From Clostridiaceae bacterium (lineage in GTDB: Bacteria > Bacillota > Clostridia > Christensenellales > CAG-917), in assembly GCA_031289315.1 (NCBI GenBank), contig JAITPR010000032.1, forward strand, positions 7,866 through 71,865: 64,000 nt of DNA, in the 5' to 3' direction. Of this stretch, positions 25,938 through 34,958 are shown piece by piece. Both the position numbers and the translations under genes were made by a program. Every line of letters begins with the position of its first letter. Positions within the stretch are counted from its first letter, which is position 1. The notes below the pieces were generated by a model. It worked only from the letters and a program-made list of their open reading frames with translations. It was not told the origin of the DNA and ran no database searches.

Positions 25938-26564
25938 ATGAAATACACAACGGTAATTGTCGGCGATTTGGGCAATAACTGCTACCTCGTCAAGGACGAC
26001 GCGGGACGCGGATTTATAGTAGACCCCGGCAGTGAGTTAGATAAAATCAAGGAAGCCGTAAGCGCGTTCGGGTTAACGCCGCTAGCCGTGCTGTTGACGC
26101 ACGGTCACTACGACCACATGAATGAGGCACATTATTTTCAAGCGCAGGGCATTCCCGTATACGTACACTCGGACGACGAGGTTAAATTGCATACGTACAA
26201 GGGCATGTCGCTATGGGCGGGCGTGTCGCACAACGGCATTCGCGCGGACGTCACGCTGTCCGGCGGCGAAGCCTTAAAGTTCGGCGACTTGCGCGTGGAG
26301 GTTATTCACACGCCGGGGCATTCCGCCGGGGGAGTGTGTTACAAATGCGGCAATTTGCTTTTCACAGGCGATACCGTTTTCAAGAGGGATTACGGCAGAT
26401 ACGACTTCTACGACGGCGACTTCAAGACGCTCAAAAATATGATAGTCAATAAGCTTTTTAACTTGAACGGCGAATACGAGGTTCTTCCCGGACACGGCGA
26501 CGCCAGTACGCTTTCCTATGAAAAAAAGTTTAATCCTATCCTCATGGATACCGGTACGGACTGA
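25938..26564 (+). CDS. MBL-fold metallo-hydrolase (glyoxalase II-like)
   Basis: LLTHGHYDHM metal motif, HTPGHSAGG, GDTVF, PGHG; AAGGAGG RBS. Confidence 0.85.
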   Translation: MKYTTVIVGDLGNNCYLVKDDAGRGFIVDPGSELDKIKEAVSAFGLTPLAVLLTHGHYDHMNEAHYFQAQGIPVYVHSDDEVKLHTYKGMSLWAGVSHNGIRADVTLSGGEALKFGDLRVEVIHTPGHSAGGVCYKCGNLLFTGDTVFKRDYGRYDFYDGDFKTLKNMIVNKLFNLNGEYEVLPGHGDASTLSYEKKFNPILMDTGTD

Positions 26565-26632
26565 AACGGGAAAGAATCCACACTGACGCATTGCACAAAC
26601 AAACCGCCGGGGAAATAACGGTATTACGAAAA

Positions 26633-28075
26633 ATGATTGTTAAAACCGCATTCGAAAAATACGACAACGATATACAGGAGCTTGTGAAGTCATTTGAAAT
26701 GATGGGCGACACCGGCAATTATTCGCTATTTGTCGACGGCGGTTGGCGGAGCGACGACGAGTTCAACGTAACCGTTACCGGCGACGCATTCGGAAACTTC
26801 ATAAAGGTTTATAGCTTCAAGGTAACCGACACGGATAGGCTGTATGAGGGCGGTTCGCTGTCCCTTGCGGCGGACGCGGTCGCGAAGCGGTTGGAGAAGC
26901 GGTATTTAAAGATAGCGTTATACCGCACGATGAGTTTTTTAACGGGAATAAATTTACCTTACGGGGCGCTTACGGGCATAAGACCCTCAAAGCTGTACAC
27001 GGAATTAAAGGGAACCGGACTCGTCGACGATATTTTTTCAAAGGACTTTTCGGTATCTCCCGACAAGCTTTCACTTATCAAAAAAATTGCGGAAAATCAG
27101 GAAAAATCACGTCCCGAAAGCGACAAATGCGTCAACGTATTTATAAATATTCCGTTTTGTCCCACTAGGTGCGCCTACTGTTCGTTTATCTCCGCCACGA
27201 CGGCGAAATACGCGGATAAATTGGAGTACTACAAGGATTGCCTTATAAAAGAATTGGCACTGCTTAAAACAATCGTAGACGAAAATAATTTTGTTGTCCG
27301 TAGCGTTTATGTCGGGGGCGGCACGCCCACGTCGTTTTCGACGCCGCTTCTTTCGGAAATTTTGGCGACGGCGGCGGACTTTAACCCGCGGGAATTTACC
27401 GTGGAAGCCGGGCGTCCCGATACGCTAAACGCGCAAAAGGTCAAGGCGCTTAAGGCGGCGGGCGTAACGCGTGTTTCCGTAAATCCTCAGACATTCAACG
27501 ACAAAACGCTGGAGACGATAGGCAGAGCACATTCTGCAGAAGACACGGTTAAAGCGTTCAAACTCACGCGTAAACATTTTATCACGAACATGGACTTAAT
27601 TGCCATGCTTCCGGGAGAGGATTTTTCCGACTTTAAATACAGCCTTGACAAGGCGGTTTCGCTTGCGCCCGACAACATAACCGTGCATATGCTTTCCATG
27701 AAAAAGGGTTCGGTTTTGAAGCTTTCCGACTATAAGGTGGAGAACTCCGCTTTAGCGTCGCAAATGATTGACTACGCGGCGGAAGCCTTGCGCGTCGCCG
27801 GCTACAATCCTTATTATATGTACCGTCAAAAATACGCCGGCGGCAGCTTAGAAAACACGGGCTATGCGCGCCATGGCAAGGAATGCGTATATAATATTGA
27901 TATTATGGAGGAGCGTACCTCCATACTTGCCGCGGGCGCGGGGGCGATTTCCAAAAAGTTAATTCCGGCGGAGAATCGCATAGAGCGTCAAGCCGATTTC
28001 AAGGGCATAGACGACTATTTGAACCGCTTTGAAGAGGTTCTTGAAAGAACCCGCAGTTTATGGAAAAAGTCCTAA
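26633..28075 (+). CDS. HemZ-like oxygen-independent coproporphyrinogen-III oxidase family radical SAM protein
   Basis: FINIPFCPTRCAYCSF (CxxxCxxC), VYVGGGTPT, HemN-like C-terminus; start uncertain (ATG 26633 preferred over in-frame TTG 26591). Confidence 0.8.
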   Translation: MIVKTAFEKYDNDIQELVKSFEMMGDTGNYSLFVDGGWRSDDEFNVTVTGDAFGNFIKVYSFKVTDTDRLYEGGSLSLAADAVAKRLEKRYLKIALYRTMSFLTGINLPYGALTGIRPSKLYTELKGTGLVDDIFSKDFSVSPDKLSLIKKIAENQEKSRPESDKCVNVFINIPFCPTRCAYCSFISATTAKYADKLEYYKDCLIKELALLKTIVDENNFVVRSVYVGGGTPTSFSTPLLSEILATAADFNPREFTVEAGRPDTLNAQKVKALKAAGVTRVSVNPQTFNDKTLETIGRAHSAEDTVKAFKLTRKHFITNMDLIAMLPGEDFSDFKYSLDKAVSLAPDNITVHMLSMKKGSVLKLSDYKVENSALASQMIDYAAEALRVAGYNPYYMYRQKYAGGSLENTGYARHGKECVYNIDIMEERTSILAAGAGAISKKLIPAENRIERQADFKGIDDYLNRFEEVLERTRSLWKKS

Positions 28076-28220
28076 AATTTATTTTTATTTTTTGCGGCTA
28101 TGTCGATGTAATAAATTACCTAAAATATGTAATAAACGGATTGCAAAAACGGAGTGAGTGTGGTAATATCTAAATAATGAGTTCGGCAGACGAATTCTCA
28201 AACGGAGGAAAAATTCAACA

Positions 28221-29555
28221 ATGAAGAAAAGAAAGCTTTTTATCACCACGGCTATTCTAGCGCTCGTACTTATATTGGCGTTGGCTTTGACGGCTTGTAC
28301 GGGAGGAGAGGTAACCGGAGAAATAACCAATTCCGAGGACTGGAATAAGGCGTTAGATGCTACCGTCGCCGCGCTTACAGCGGCGGAGCCGAACTATTCG
28401 ATGACCATGGAAATGGTGGAAGACGGTTACATAGTTGGCGTGGACATTAAGGTTGCCGGCAAGTCGGCTTCCGGGCTTATGACGGAAACCTCCGGCGGCA
28501 AGGAAACAATTTCAGAAAAGTTTATAGTTATAGGCGGCGAGACCAAAAACGACGGCTATACATGGGACGAAGACGTGCAAAAATGGGAGTATGAGGAACT
28601 GTCCGAAATCGAAGCCGACGAAATGCTAGATTCGGTGAACGGTGACTTGTACGGTTATACTGAGTTCTTTGACCTTATTAAGGATAGATACGAATTTTTC
28701 GATTATAGCGTTGAGAGAGCCGAATATGTTATCAACTTAGAAAGAGTTCGTGCTTCCCAAGAAGACAGTGAGGATTTTGAGGATGTACCCGAAGACGCGG
28801 ACATGTCAATATCCTTTAGAAATGGTAAGGTAACGAAAATTGCACTCTCTTCAGATTCGGAAAGAGCAGGTGTCGCTATTTATTTTACATTTGGCGGAAT
28901 TACCGTGCAAGCACCCGCGGATAAGGACGTAATATATCCTACCGAAAATAAAAAGGGCGATGCCTTGGCAAATTCGGCGGCATGGAACGCCGCGATTAAC
29001 GCGACAAGAGCGGAAATCAACGCAGAAGACGGAAACTATTCGTTGGTAATGAGTATGACGGCGAGTGGACCGGTTTCCATTGACGCGGAAATTCGGGTTG
29101 ACGGTAATTCCTATTACGGATACGCAAAAACCGTTTATGCCAGTACGGTTGCCGAAGATAAATTTATGATTATCGACAACGAAGACGGAACCTTTGACGT
29201 CTATTTATGGGATTTCGATCAGGAAAAGTGGTTATATTCCACAATTGATGAGGACGATGAGTTCTTTGACGAAGACCCTTTGGCAAACATAGCCATCGCG
29301 TATGAATCATTATGTGATGCCATGCTAAATAAATACAGCTCATTTGATTTTGACCCGGAAACCGGCGCTTATGTAGTCAAACCCGGCAGTGCGGCTGCAA
29401 CAGTCGGCACCGGCGGACATGCGGAGCTTTATTTTAAAAACGGAAGGCTTATCGAATTGTCCATGGATGGCTCCGGGTCAATAGTATTTATGGAGTTCGG
29501 GTTCGGAGATATTGAAATAACCGCTCCCGACGCAGAGGATGTAATATCGGCGTAA
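28221..29555 (+). CDS. Lipoprotein of unknown function made of two homologous ~200-aa halves
   Basis: Signal peptide plus lipobox (LALALTAC). Both halves start W-N-x-A-(L/I)-x-A-T and end F-x-FG-x-I-x-(V/I)-x-AP-x-x-(K/E)-DVI. Confidence 0.7.
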   Translation: MKKRKLFITTAILALVLILALALTACTGGEVTGEITNSEDWNKALDATVAALTAAEPNYSMTMEMVEDGYIVGVDIKVAGKSASGLMTETSGGKETISEKFIVIGGETKNDGYTWDEDVQKWEYEELSEIEADEMLDSVNGDLYGYTEFFDLIKDRYEFFDYSVERAEYVINLERVRASQEDSEDFEDVPEDADMSISFRNGKVTKIALSSDSERAGVAIYFTFGGITVQAPADKDVIYPTENKKGDALANSAAWNAAINATRAEINAEDGNYSLVMSMTASGPVSIDAEIRVDGNSYYGYAKTVYASTVAEDKFMIIDNEDGTFDVYLWDFDQEKWLYSTIDEDDEFFDEDPLANIAIAYESLCDAMLNKYSSFDFDPETGAYVVKPGSAAATVGTGGHAELYFKNGRLIELSMDGSGSIVFMEFGFGDIEITAPDAEDVISA

Positions 29556-29625
29556 AAAGCTAAATAAAGCTTAAACGCACCGGTGTAACACCGGCATAAA
29601 ATGCTCAAAAAGTTTAACATGCGAA

Positions 29626-29657
29626 AACGCCGCCCCTTAAATCGGGCGGCGTTTTTA
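29626..29657 (+). terminator. Rho-independent terminator after lipoprotein gene
   Basis: aacgccgccc-cttaaatc-gggcggcgtt followed by tttat. Confidence 0.65.
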
Positions 29658-29681
29658 TATGGTGGGGTGTAGTGTTTCTTT

Positions 29682-29738
29682 CACGTGTCACCTTGAGCGG
29701 GGCGCGGCATGCCGCGCCCCGCTCAAGGTGACAACGTG
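29682..29738. repeat. 57-bp near-perfect palindrome built from motif family 2
   Basis: cacgtgtcaccttgagcggggcgcggcat|gccgcgccccgctcaaggtgacaacgtg; a third inverted module (gcgctcagggtgacacgaagggaacccc) lies at 29767-29794. Confidence 0.9.
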
Positions 29739-29873
29739 TGCTGAGTTCGATTATGCACAAGGTGTAGCGCTCAGGGTGACACGAAGGGAACCCCGCCGGC
29801 ACGTTGCTCTCGTCGTAAAACTCTGCAAAAAGTCTTATTCTAGCAAAAATTTGGCGCCCCACGTTTAAAACGG

Positions 29874-29902
29874 TTTACAAGCCGTATAATTTATGGTATA
29901 TT
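29874..29902 (+). promoter_or_regulatory. Putative sigma-A promoter for rpsO
   Basis: TTTACA-17 nt-TATATT about 100 nt upstream of the rpsO ATG. Confidence 0.4.
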
Positions 29903-30004
29903 ACTTTCGTACTTTAACCAAGGTTTTACGAATACGGGAAACCTCCGACGTTCTACTTTGATTAAAGCGAATTATTTATCCGAATATAAGGAGGCTAATT
30001 AAGC

Positions 30005-30268
30005 ATGGATAAAATTAATAAGCAAGATATAATTGCTACCTACGGAAGAGTGGAAGGGGACACCGGTTCGCCGGAAGTCCAAATTGCGTTGCTTACGTCG
30101 CGCATTAAACTTTTGAACGAACATCTTGCCACTCACAAGAAGGATTTCCATTCAAGACGCGGTTTGCTCATGATGGTAGGTCGTAGAAGAAATCTTCTCA
30201 ACTACCTCAAAAACACCGATATTGAGCGTTACAGAGCTATCATACAGAAGCTCGGTTTAAGAAAATAA
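30005..30268 (+). CDS. rpsO: 30S ribosomal protein S15
   Basis: 87 aa; [42 protein letters not shown]; AAGGAGG RBS. Confidence 0.97.
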   Translation: MDKINKQDIIATYGRVEGDTGSPEVQIALLTSRIKLLNEHLATHKKDFHSRRGLLMMVGRRRNLLNYLKNTDIERYRAIIQKLGLRK

Positions 30269-30278
30269 TGAATACCGA

Positions 30279-30312
30279 AAAAGAGGCGGCATTAGTTTGC
30301 GCCTCTTTTTTT
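30279..30312 (+). terminator. rpsO terminator/attenuator hairpin before pnp
   Basis: aaaaagaggcg-gcattagtttg-cgcctcttttttt. Confidence 0.75.
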
Positions 30313-30436
30313 GGAGTTTTCGCTTATTTTCGGCACAAAACGCGCTTAGTCGCGTAGGCTCACTTAAGTTTAGGTTACAATAAAATAAACGATATATGAT
30401 AGGAGCGAGAGGTTCGCTCCGACTCGGGAGAAAAAA

Positions 30437-32536
30437 ATGATACCTGAAAGAAAAATTTTCAACACAACAATCGGCGGTAAAGATGTAACCGTCGAAATCG
30501 GAACCTACTGCGGTCAAGCGGGCGGTTCTTGCTTGGTGAGATGCGGCGATACCGTCGTTTTGACCAACGCTACAATGGCGAAAGAGCCGCGTGAGGGTAT
30601 GGACTACTTCCCGCTCGGCGTCGACTTCGAAGAAAAAATGTACGCAGTGGGCAAAATTCCCGGCGGCTTCAAGAAAAGAGAGGGCAGACCCAGCGATAAG
30701 GCAATTTTAACCTCACGGTTAATCGACCGCCCCCTGCGTCCGCTTTTCCCCAAAGGCTTCTATAACGACGTGTCCATAGTTGCCACCGCACTTTCCGTGG
30801 ATACAAACATTCCACCCGAAGTGTTCGGCATGATCGGAAGCTCTATCGCGCTTTCCGTTTCCGACATTCCCTTTGCCGGTCCCACCGGCTCCGTCGTGGT
30901 CGGATTAGTTGACGGTGAGTACGTCATCAATCCCGATAACGAACAACGCGAAAAAAGCAAATTACACCTCTCCTTGTCCGGTACCGGCGACGCCATTATG
31001 ATGGTCGAAGCCGGCGCAAACGAGGTTTCCGAGAAGGAAATGCTGGACGCAATCCTTTTCGGTCACGAGGAAATAAAAAAGATTGTCGCCTTTATAGAAA
31101 GCGTTCAAGCCGCTATAGGCAAGCCCAAAACTGAAATCGAATTGGAACACGTCCCCGAAGATATAGACAAAGCCGTTCGGGCTTTCGCCGCCGCAAAGGT
31201 GGATTGGCAGCTTTCCACCTTCGACCGCGCCGAAAGACAAGCCCGCGAAGAGCAAGTCTCCGCCGAAACCTTGGCGCACTTCGCCGATAAGTTTAACGAC
31301 GTTCCCAAAAAGAAAAAATTTATCTTAGATACGTTGTACTACCTCCAAAAGGAAAAAGTCCGCGCGAAAATCTTGCACGAGGGCGTTCGCCCCGATGGCA
31401 GAAAGCTTACCGAAATCCGTCCCATTTGGTGCGAAGTCGGCTTGCTCCCGCGCGTTCACGGCTCCGCCGTCTTCACCAGAGGGCAGACACAGGCTTTGAC
31501 GACCGCTACGCTGGGTTCTATCAGCGAGGTTCAAAAGCTTGAAGGTCTTGACGAGGATTACTTTAAGAGATACATGCACCACTACAACTTCCCCGCCTAC
31601 TCAACCGGCGAGGCTAAACCCCTCCGTAGCCCCGGAAGACGCGAAATAGGACATGGCGCTCTTGCCGAACGCGCCCTTGAACCGGTGCTTCCCTCCGAAG
31701 CCGAATTCCCCTACGCAATCAGAACCGTATCCGAAATTTTAAGTTCCAACGGCTCTACGTCGCAGGCAAGCGTTTGTGGCTCCACGCTGTCGCTTATGGA
31801 CGCAGGCGTTCCCCTTAAGGCACCCGTCGCCGGTATCGCCATGGGGCTTATAAAGGACGAGGATCACCACAAGGTGGCTATCCTATCCGATATTCAAGGA
31901 CTTGAGGATTTCTTGGGCGATATGGACTTCAAAGTGGCGGGTACCGAAAAGGGTATCACCGCAATCCAAATGGATATAAAAATAAAAGGTATAAATGAAG
32001 CTATCTTGACGCATGCGCTTGCGCAAGCGCGCGAGGGTAGGCTCCACATCCTAGGAAAAATGCTCGAAGTCCTCAACGCGCCGCGTAAGGAACTCTCTAA
32101 GTACGCCCCCAAAATCGTTTCCTTCGAAATACATCCCGATAAAATCCGTGAGGTCATCGGCTCCGGCGGTAAGGTTATCAATAAGATTATCGACGAAACC
32201 GGCGTTAAAATTGATATATCTGACGACGGCATGGTCTACATCGCTTGCGAAGATACCGAACGTATCGAAAAAGCCCGCAAAATTATTATGGCAATCGTCA
32301 AAGACCCCGAAATCGGCGACATCTACGACGGTCCCGTCGTGCGTATCCTCGAATTCGGCGCTTTCGTCAACATCGCCCCCGGTAAGGACGGCATGATCCA
32401 TATCTCCAAGCTTGCTAAAGAACGCGTCGAAAGAGTTACCGACGTCGTTAACGTGGGAGATAACGTCCGCGTCAAAGTCCTTAACATCGACGAAAAAGGG
32501 CGTATCGACCTCCGCTTAGTTACAAAACTTATATAG
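30437..32536 (+). CDS. pnp: Polyribonucleotide nucleotidyltransferase (PNPase)
   Basis: Two RNase PH domains ([43 protein letters not shown]), KH ([10 protein letters not shown]) and S1 ([18 protein letters not shown]) domains. Confidence 0.97.
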   Translation: MIPERKIFNTTIGGKDVTVEIGTYCGQAGGSCLVRCGDTVVLTNATMAKEPREGMDYFPLGVDFEEKMYAVGKIPGGFKKREGRPSDKAILTSRLIDRPLRPLFPKGFYNDVSIVATALSVDTNIPPEVFGMIGSSIALSVSDIPFAGPTGSVVVGLVDGEYVINPDNEQREKSKLHLSLSGTGDAIMMVEAGANEVSEKEMLDAILFGHEEIKKIVAFIESVQAAIGKPKTEIELEHVPEDIDKAVRAFAAAKVDWQLSTFDRAERQAREEQVSAETLAHFADKFNDVPKKKKFILDTLYYLQKEKVRAKILHEGVRPDGRKLTEIRPIWCEVGLLPRVHGSAVFTRGQTQALTTATLGSISEVQKLEGLDEDYFKRYMHHYNFPAYSTGEAKPLRSPGRREIGHGALAERALEPVLPSEAEFPYAIRTVSEILSSNGSTSQASVCGSTLSLMDAGVPLKAPVAGIAMGLIKDEDHHKVAILSDIQGLEDFLGDMDFKVAGTEKGITAIQMDIKIKGINEAILTHALAQAREGRLHILGKMLEVLNAPRKELSKYAPKIVSFEIHPDKIREVIGSGGKVINKIIDETGVKIDISDDGMVYIACEDTERIEKARKIIMAIVKDPEIGDIYDGPVVRILEFGAFVNIAPGKDGMIHISKLAKERVERVTDVVNVGDNVRVKVLNIDEKGRIDLRLVTKLI

Positions 32537-32628
32537 TGTAAGAGTATAGTTTGCGCTTGTTCTTTCTTGCACGCGCAAGAAAGAACCAAAGAAGCGCGCA
32601 AGCTTGAAGCTTGACACTGATTACTTGA

Positions 32629-32677
32629 AAAACGCGGTTGACGCAGGATTATATCCTTAGCGTCAACCGCGTTTTTA
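32629..32677. terminator. Bidirectional-looking terminator hairpin downstream of pnp
   Basis: aaaaacgcggttgacgc-aggattatatccttag-cgtcaaccgcgttttt; A-tract 5' and T-tract 3'. Confidence 0.65.
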
Positions 32678-32925
32678 AATTTATTAGTTTTAATCTCCCC
32701 TCTTATCGTCTTTTATTTTCTCCATGTCCCATTCCTACAACACGCATTTTTAAATCTATTCAGTGTTAATCCCCTCGCTTATCGTCCTTTACTTTCTCTA
32801 TGTCCCATTCCTACAACACGCGTTTTTAAATCTATTCAGTGTTAATCCCCTCGCTTATTGTTCTTTATTTCTTTATATCCTCTTACCAAAAACACATTCT
32901 TAAATTTATTAGTGTTAACGCAACT
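32672..32925. repeat. ~75-bp tandem repeat, about 3.4 copies
   Basis: Units begin tttttaaat at 32672, 32747 and 32823, with a partial unit at 32898. Units 2 and 3 are nearly identical over the first ~40 nt (tttttaaatctattcagtgttaatcccctcgcttat). Confidence 0.85.
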
Positions 32926-33015
32926 CTTTCGTTTTATTTTTCATCTTAGACGTAGAAATGGAACGAAAGGCGCACCAACTTTCGGTTCCTTTTGGGCGCC
33001 CCAAAGGAACTATAC

Positions 33016-33978
33016 TCAAAATCGAACGGTGTTTTTGGCTTGGAGAGCGGAGCGGACGGCTGATATGACATCGGCAGTTTCCATATTAAACGCTTTACGG
33101 AGGTAGGGCATTTTCCCAACCTCACCGAACTTTTCTTTGACGCCGACGGAGCGCATAACCGTGGGACAATACTCGCCCAAAGATTCCGCCACGGCGCTCC
33201 GGAGTCCTCCCATAACGTTATGGTTTTCCACGGTGACGACGGCGCCGGTTTTACGTGCGGAGGCGACTATTGTGGTATAATCCAACGGTTTAACGGTAGG
33301 CGACGCTATTACTTCGACGGAGATACCTTCCGCGGCAAGTGCCGTAGCGGCGTCCAACGCAGTGGAAACCATGATACCGGCAGCGACAATTGTCGCGTCG
33401 TCACCGGCTTTAATCACCTTGGCTTTAAATAATTTAAAGTCCGCACACGCACCTTCGTCATAGACGGGCGGCGGCGTTTTTCTGTACATACGGACGTAAA
33501 CCGGACCCTTGTGCTTAAGTACTTGTGGCAACGCTTCTTTAAATTCCACGTTGTCGGTAGGCTCGTATATAACGATATTAGGAATACTGCGCAGCACTCC
33601 TATATCCTCAAAGGGCATATGGGTACCGCCGTTAAGCTCCGCGGTAATACCGGGGTCGGAACCGATAATTTTGACGTTCTGTTTGGCGTAGCACACGGAA
33701 ATCATTAGTTGGTCGCACATACGGCGCGACGCGAACGGTCCGAACGTGTGAATAAAAGGTATAAATCCGTACGCCGACAAACCCGCCGCCACGGAAGCCA
33801 TGTTCTGTTCGGCAATGCCGACGTTTATAACGCGCTCCGGAAACTCCTTCATCAACGGATAAACGCCCGAACACTTGGCAAGGTCGGCCTCAAGCGCAAC
33901 AACCTTGCCGTTCTTTTCGGATAAACGTTCCCGCAAAAAATCCACGTATATATCTTTCATAAGCTTATCTTTTAACAT
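33016..33978 (-). CDS. Transketolase, C-terminal (pyrimidine-binding) subunit
   Basis: 320 aa; INVGIAEQNMASVAAGLS, FGPF, split-type tkt arrangement directly downstream of the N-terminal subunit gene. Confidence 0.9.
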   Translation of the reverse strand: MLKDKLMKDIYVDFLRERLSEKNGKVVALEADLAKCSGVYPLMKEFPERVINVGIAEQNMASVAAGLSAYGFIPFIHTFGPFASRRMCDQLMISVCYAKQNVKIIGSDPGITAELNGGTHMPFEDIGVLRSIPNIVIYEPTDNVEFKEALPQVLKHKGPVYVRMYRKTPPPVYDEGACADFKLFKAKVIKAGDDATIVAAGIMVSTALDAATALAAEGISVEVIASPTVKPLDYTTIVASARKTGAVVTVENHNVMGGLRSAVAESLGEYCPTVMRSVGVKEKFGEVGKMPYLRKAFNMETADVISAVRSALQAKNTVRF

Positions 33979-33994
33979 GCCGCATTTTCCCCCT

Positions 33995-34816
33995 TTAACC
34001 TTTAAGCTCCGCGAACGCCGTTTCCAACTGTTCCTTGCTTATGGACATGCTGTGGCAACCGACCTTCGCGGCTTCGGCGAACGACACGCCCTTGCCCTTT
34101 ACGGTATTGAGTATAATCATGGTAGGCACACCTTTTGTGCGTTTAGCCTTTTGTACCGCGCCGACAATCGCTTCCACGTCGTGTCCGTCCACGACAATGA
34201 CCTTAAACCCGAACGCCTCCCATTTTTTGTCAAGCGGCTCAAGACTGTTTATCTCCTCCACCGTGCCGTCTATCTGCATGTGGTTATAGTCGGTAAAAAC
34301 CGTGAGGTTGTCAAGCTTTTTTTGAGAAGCAAGCATAGCCGCCTCCCAAATTTGCCCCTCTTGACTTTCGCCGTCGCCGACGATAGCGTATATGCGCGCG
34401 CGGTCGCCCTTTATTTTGGAGCCTATCGCCATACCCACCGCACAGCTCAAGCCTTGCCCTAGCGACCCCGCCGTCATATCCACGCCGGGGGTCTTGTTCA
34501 TATCGCAGTGACTGGGCAACATAGTACCGCCCTGATTAAGCGTTTTGAGGGCTTCCTTTGGGAAATACCCTTTCGCGGCAAGCGCGGCGTATACACCCGG
34601 TCCGGCGTGTCCCTTACTGCAAACTAAACGGTCCCGCCCGGTCTTATGCGGGTGTGTGGGGTCTATGCGCATTTCTTTGCCGTATAGAACGGCAAGAACA
34701 TCGGCTATGGACAAGCATCCCCCTATGTGTCCAACGCCTAAACTGCCTATGCAGTCGACAATGTTGATGCGGATTTCCTTAGCCAAAGCCCGCACCGGTT
34801 GGTAATCAAAACTCAT
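33995..34816 (-). CDS. Transketolase, N-terminal (TPP-binding) subunit
   Basis: 273 aa; GHIGGCLSIADVLAVLY, SKGHAGPGVYA, GSLGQGLS, VGDGESQEGQIWEA. Confidence 0.9.
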   Translation of the reverse strand: MSFDYQPVRALAKEIRINIVDCIGSLGVGHIGGCLSIADVLAVLYGKEMRIDPTHPHKTGRDRLVCSKGHAGPGVYAALAAKGYFPKEALKTLNQGGTMLPSHCDMNKTPGVDMTAGSLGQGLSCAVGMAIGSKIKGDRARIYAIVGDGESQEGQIWEAAMLASQKKLDNLTVFTDYNHMQIDGTVEEINSLEPLDKKWEAFGFKVIVVDGHDVEAIVGAVQKAKRTKGVPTMIILNTVKGKGVSFAEAAKVGCHSMSISKEQLETAFAELKG

Positions 34817-34958
34817 AATTCCTCCTTAATACGCCGCCGATTTCTGTAGCCCGACGGCACAAACCGCTTAAAATCCTGACGGTATGCCCGAACGCGGTAT
34901 TTTTTTCAATGATAAACGCAATAAAAATGCAGTCGGCGTACGTTTGGTATACGCGGCA

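Noticed and set aside
29614-29868. Overlapping 82-aa (-) and 69-aa (+) ORFs
   Set aside because: They are mirror-image translations of the 57-bp palindrome and neighbouring motif copies. There is no RBS, and the peptides match the junk motif CHLERGAACRAPLKVT on both strands.
34817-34958. TPP riboswitch upstream of the transketolase genes
   Set aside because: The minus-strand leader lacks the conserved CUGAGA and ACCUGAUCUGGAUAAUGCCAGCG-type elements.
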